A stretch of DNA of 19,431 nt from contig JAFCCC010000011.1 of NCBI GenBank assembly GCA_017610385.1, positions 1 through 19,431 of the forward strand, given 5' to 3'. The DNA comes from Candidatus Nanohalarchaeota archaeon. GTDB taxonomy: Archaea; Nanohalarchaeota; Nanosalinia; Nanosalinales; JAFCCC01. The notes under the pieces are model-generated. The model saw only the letters and a list, made by a program, of their open reading frames with translations, ran no database searches and was not told where the DNA came from. Within the stretch, counting starts at the first letter, position 1. Each line of letters starts with the position of its first letter. The translations under genes and the position numbers were made by a program. This document shows, one piece after another, positions 15,808 through 19,431 of this stretch.

Positions 15808-15950
15808 AATTCTAATTAACTTTTAATGTTTTTATGGATTTCTATTTTATAATATGTCTATATTTTGCTTTCTTTCTATTTTGCAATAGTTTCTATATTT
15901 CTATTTAAGTGTCCACGGATGAATTTTAAAGTTTTGTAGTAATTCCTGTT

Positions 15951-16550
15951 TTATAATAAAATCGTGAGAATAATCGCAGAAATAATCGGAATGTAAAAAT
16001 TATCATTTATCTTTAAGTGTCGAATTTTAATTCCAGTAAATTCAAAAAGAAGAGAAACCAACGCCGCAACAAATGCAGGAAATAATGGAACAAAAGCCCA
16101 TGCGCAAAGAGATGCACAAACAATTCCAGCGAAAATACCTTCTACATTTCTATTTTTATGCAAACTTGATTTTAATGCACCATATCTTCCAACTAGGAAT
16201 GGAATAGAATCCCCAACTGCTAGAATCATTACTGACGCGGCACCAATCTTTGGAGAAAAGAACGCGACAATTATGATAACTGCAATTATACTGATTATGC
16301 CTTCAATTCCCGGCAACGTTTCCAAATTTTTCTTCCTTTCTAAATGTTTTATAGCCCATTTAATTCCCGGAATTTCCCATCTTTTGTAAATTAAAGAAAG
16401 TATTATACAGAGAAGAAGAAATGGTAACAAGAAAGTTACGGGAAGCAATTTAAAATAAATTAATACTGCAAATAATGCGTGTGCTGGCAAGTGCCAAAAC
16501 ATATTTCTTTTAAAGTCTACGGAAAGTGGTTTAGAGTTATTTGAAAACAT
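15951..16550 (-). CDS. CTP-dependent polyprenol (dolichol/phytol) kinase, SEC59/DGK1/VTE5 family
   Basis: RNMFWH, LAVGDS..LVGRYG, KNRNVEG, INDNFYIP; multi-TM. Confidence 0.82.
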   Translation of the reverse strand: MFSNNSKPLSVDFKRNMFWHLPAHALFAVLIYFKLLPVTFLLPFLLLCIILSLIYKRWEIPGIKWAIKHLERKKNLETLPGIEGIISIIAVIIIVAFFSPKIGAASVMILAVGDSIPFLVGRYGALKSSLHKNRNVEGIFAGIVCASLCAWAFVPLFPAFVAALVSLLFEFTGIKIRHLKINDNFYIPIISAIILTILL

Positions 16551-16652
16551 TTTGATCTACGTATCATACTTTTGCCATTGTGTTATTTTTCAAAAAATAA
16601 ACAAAAGCTTCTGGGAGCTACCCAAAAAATATGAGCGCAAATAACTATTAGT

Positions 16653-16716
16653 TTTTTGATTTAAATTATTGTTATTTATTAAATTTAATTCTTGCGAGTT
16701 TTTGATTTAAATTATT
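16653..16716. repeat. 18-bp direct repeat TTTTTGATTTAAATTATT (16653-16670, 16699-16716)
   Basis: Exact duplication; the second copy overlaps the rhomboid stop codon. Confidence 0.65.
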
Positions 16717-17359
16717 TCATGTATGTATCTTCCCAATCACTTACTTCTCTTTCACTTGGATCCTCTTTTTCTTGGTTTACTGAACGAGGATCTTTAGGAA
16801 TTTTTATTATAGACCGCAAATAAACTCCGATCAAAATCCCAAAAGCGCCACCATACAAATGCGCTTCAGTTGCAATATTCCCACCAATAAACGTCAATAG
16901 AACATTATTCAAGAACCAGAGAATTGCAACCAAATACATTCTCATTGGAACTCCAAAATATAGTCCTACCATTTTTGGTCTTAAAATCGTTAAAGCAAGC
17001 ACAACTGTTGAAATGGCACCTGAAGCACCTAGAACTATTGAATGTTGATAAAAAGTAAATGCAGAAAGATTCGCAATTATTCCTCCTGATAGAAACACAA
17101 TAATGAATTTTTTAGAACCAATTAATTTCTCTAGAAGTGTTCCAAATACTAATAGAAAAAACAAATTGTTAAGCAGATGTAGCACGTCGCTTGGAGAATG
17201 AACAAAAATTGAAGTTAAAAGTGTCCACGGATGAATTATAAAGTTTGAGACGCTTAGAGCCAAAAAATACGTCAACTGAGGAAACAGCAACTGTGCAATA
17301 TATATTACTATTAAAAGCCCACATAATATGCCGGTTACGAACCTAAATTTTTCGTTCAT
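16712..17359 (-). CDS. Rhomboid-family intramembrane serine protease
   Basis: PWTLLTSIFVH..HLLNN, LGASGA (catalytic Ser), AHLYG (catalytic His). Confidence 0.94.
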   Translation of the reverse strand: MNEKFRFVTGILCGLLIVIYIAQLLFPQLTYFLALSVSNFIIHPWTLLTSIFVHSPSDVLHLLNNLFFLLVFGTLLEKLIGSKKFIIVFLSGGIIANLSAFTFYQHSIVLGASGAISTVVLALTILRPKMVGLYFGVPMRMYLVAILWFLNNVLLTFIGGNIATEAHLYGGAFGILIGVYLRSIIKIPKDPRSVNQEKEDPSEREVSDWEDTYMK

Positions 17360-17389
17360 AAAACGTATTTAGAAGTTAATGATTTAAGA

Positions 17390-17486
17390 AAGACTGATTA
17401 ATTACTAAAGAAGACCGAGTAATTATTAAAGAAGATTGATTAATTACCAAAAAAGACTGAGTAATTATTAAAGAAATTGATTAATT
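17390..17486. repeat. Tandem array of about 4.6 x 21-bp units (AAGAYYGAKTAATTAYYAAAR) alternating A/B
   Basis: Units start at 17390, 17411, 17432, 17453 and 17474 (partial). Confidence 0.9.
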
Positions 17487-17506
17487 GTGGGTTCAAAGGA
17501 AATAAA

Positions 17507-18979
17507 ATGGCAGAACAAAAAACAAATAGAAGATCAGAAATAGAAAAAGAGAGATTAAAATCTTTACAAGAACTTGAAGATATGGGGATTAACCCTTTTG
17601 TATATAGCTATAAAAGAACAATTACTCTTTTGGTTCTTAGAGAAAAATACGGAGAATTAGAAGAAAAGAATCTGCCAAAAAAGGTATTTCGCGTTGCTGG
17701 GCGCATAATGAAATTTAGAAAAATGGGAAAAATGTCTTTTGCGGACATAGACGATGCGTTTTCTCATATTCAACTAATTTTTAAGAAAGATCTTTTAAAA
17801 GATTACAATTTATTAAAGAATTTAAATATTGGTGATTTTTTAGGTGCAGAGGGAACCCTATTCAAAACACATACTGGGGAATTTTCCCTGCTACTTTCAA
17901 AATTTACTTTATTAACAAAATCGTTACTTCCTCTTCCAGAAAAATACCACGGAATAAAAGATCAAGAATTGAAATACAGAAAGAGATATCTGCATTTAAT
18001 TATGGATAAAGATGCAAGGAATTTATTTAGGACAAGAAGTAAAATTATTTCGGAAGTACGGCGGTTTTTAGGTTCTAGAGGATTTATAGATGTTGAAACG
18101 CCGTATTTGCAACCCATATATGGCGGAGCAAATGCAAAACCATTTAAAACCCATTTAAATTCTAAAAATACCGATATGTTCCTGGCGATATCCCCAGAGC
18201 TTTATTTGAAAAGATTACTCATTGGTGGTTTTGAAAAAGTATTTGAAATCGGCAAAAGTTTCAGGAACGAAAGTATAGATACCACACATAATCCGGAATT
18301 TACAATAATGGAGGTTTATTGGGCGTATGTAGATTATAATGATATGATGAAATTAACTGAGGAGATGATTTCTGAAATTATTTTTAATATTACTGGAAGT
18401 CATACACTCCTTTACCAAGGAAAGAAATTGAACTTTAAGGCGCCATGGAATAGAATAACCATGTCAAATGCGATTAAGGAACACCTTAAAATCAATATAG
18501 AAAAAATGAACGATATTGAAATTTCTGATTTCATAAAAAAGCATAAAATTGTTATCGAAGGCGGATTTAATCGCGGATTGGCCATAGCAGAAATTTTTGA
18601 TAAATTAGTGCAACCGCATCTAATTCAACCTGTTTTTGTAACAGATTATCCAAAAGAAACTACTGCCTTATGCAAACTACATAGAAAAAACAAAGATAAA
18701 ATTGAGAGATTTGAAATATTTGTGCTTGGTATGGAATTAGGAAATGCATATTCAGAACTAAATAATCCTGTATTGCAAGAAGAGTTTTTCAATAATGAAG
18801 AAAGAAGAGCAGAATTGGGTGTATTAGAGACTCAGAAATTCGACGCAGATTTTATTGAAGCATTGAAATATGGCATGCCTCCTGCTGGTGGATTGGGTGT
18901 GGGTCTGGATAGATTAATTATGTTGATTTGTGATAAAGTCTCTTTGAGAGACGTAATATTGTTTCCAATTGTGAAATGA
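17507..18979 (+). CDS. lysS: Lysine--tRNA ligase, class II
   Basis: VAGRI..GKMSF OB domain, YRKRYLHL, VETP..GGANAKPF, ELYLKRL, FRNE..THNPEFT (motif 2), ERFE, YGMPPAGGLGVGLDRL (motif 3); ATG 17507. Confidence 0.97.
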   Translation: MAEQKTNRRSEIEKERLKSLQELEDMGINPFVYSYKRTITLLVLREKYGELEEKNLPKKVFRVAGRIMKFRKMGKMSFADIDDAFSHIQLIFKKDLLKDYNLLKNLNIGDFLGAEGTLFKTHTGEFSLLLSKFTLLTKSLLPLPEKYHGIKDQELKYRKRYLHLIMDKDARNLFRTRSKIISEVRRFLGSRGFIDVETPYLQPIYGGANAKPFKTHLNSKNTDMFLAISPELYLKRLLIGGFEKVFEIGKSFRNESIDTTHNPEFTIMEVYWAYVDYNDMMKLTEEMISEIIFNITGSHTLLYQGKKLNFKAPWNRITMSNAIKEHLKINIEKMNDIEISDFIKKHKIVIEGGFNRGLAIAEIFDKLVQPHLIQPVFVTDYPKETTALCKLHRKNKDKIERFEIFVLGMELGNAYSELNNPVLQEEFFNNEERRAELGVLETQKFDADFIEALKYGMPPAGGLGVGLDRLIMLICDKVSLRDVILFPIVK

Positions 18980-19169
18980 ATGAATAAATTTCTAAACTAC
19001 TTGTGTAATCTTTACGCAAAGGATAATCCTGCTGAATACACAAGGCATTTCCCGCCCTCAATATATACTCATTATATGTGGCAAAGAATAATGAATAATT
19101 AAATTCTTAATGATCTTGGCTAGTATTATTATTAATTATAATTGCAAATATAATGGGGCAAGATAAAAA

Positions 19170-19431
19170 ATGATAAACATAAGCAAAAATAAATGTGTTG
19201 GGTGTGGACTTTGTATGGCTAAATGTCCAGTAAATGCAATTTCTCTTAATGAGCAAGGCTTTGCAGTAATTGACCAGAATAAATGTATTAATTGTGGATT
19301 GTGTTTACAAACTTGCCCGCAAAAAGCCATAGTTGATATTAAAGAGAAGTTAATTTTTGCAATAGGAACCGATGACGAAAAAACAATAAAATCAGATGAT
19401 CATGTTGGCATGTCTAAATATTTTTTAATAT
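19170..19431 (+). CDS. Partial: 2[4Fe-4S] ferredoxin domain fused to a NifB/NifX-like domain
   Basis: Manual translation [41 protein letters not shown] then [27 protein letters not shown]; open at the right edge; missing from the ORF track. Confidence 0.85.
   Translation, partial: MINISKNKCVGCGLCMAKCPVNAISLNEQGFAVIDQNKCINCGLCLQTCPQKAIVDIKEKLIFAIGTDDEKTIKSDDHVGMSKYFLI

Noticed and set aside
17390-17486. CRISPR array
   Set aside because: Contiguous tandem units with no unique spacers; no cas genes
19136-19330. 64-aa minus-strand ORF
   Set aside because: Antisense to the ferredoxin fusion, which has two clear CxxCxxCxxxCP motifs

Overview
AT-rich chromosomal window that reads as archaeal, most likely a small-genome DPANN-type lineage (inference). 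The evidence is two intron-containing tRNAs with bulge-helix-bulge-type splice sites and no encoded CCA (tRNA-Glu(CUC), tRNA-Ser(CGA)), a Taw1/TYW1 wyosine radical-SAM gene, TtuA/Ncs6, a single-OB SSB, and TATA boxes about 30 nt before apparently leaderless start codons. Housekeeping genes (class II LysRS, rhomboid, SEC59-like polyprenol kinase, NSS transporter, CspA) are interleaved with bacterial-type or accessory genes: class I GAPDH, patatin, YgjP-like M48 protein, an orphan MthZI-like m4C methyltransferase, two RHH/RelE toxin-antitoxin pairs with palindromic operators, and an intact GGDEF diguanylate cyclase coupled to an orphan ORF. The most notable observations are: (i) a candidate archaeal c-di-GMP two-gene module; (ii) a DUF3467 > ~230-nt multi-hairpin RNA > tRNA-Glu > cspA > pseudoknot-like element unit; (iii) a TA cassette bracketed by duplicated bipartite sites; (iv) Taw1 with a C-terminal DUF1858/ScdA-like extension; (v) an unannotated MazG/YpjD pseudogene, a 21-bp tandem array, and a ferredoxin-NifX-like fusion at the right edge. 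All family assignments come from motif recognition, not database searches.
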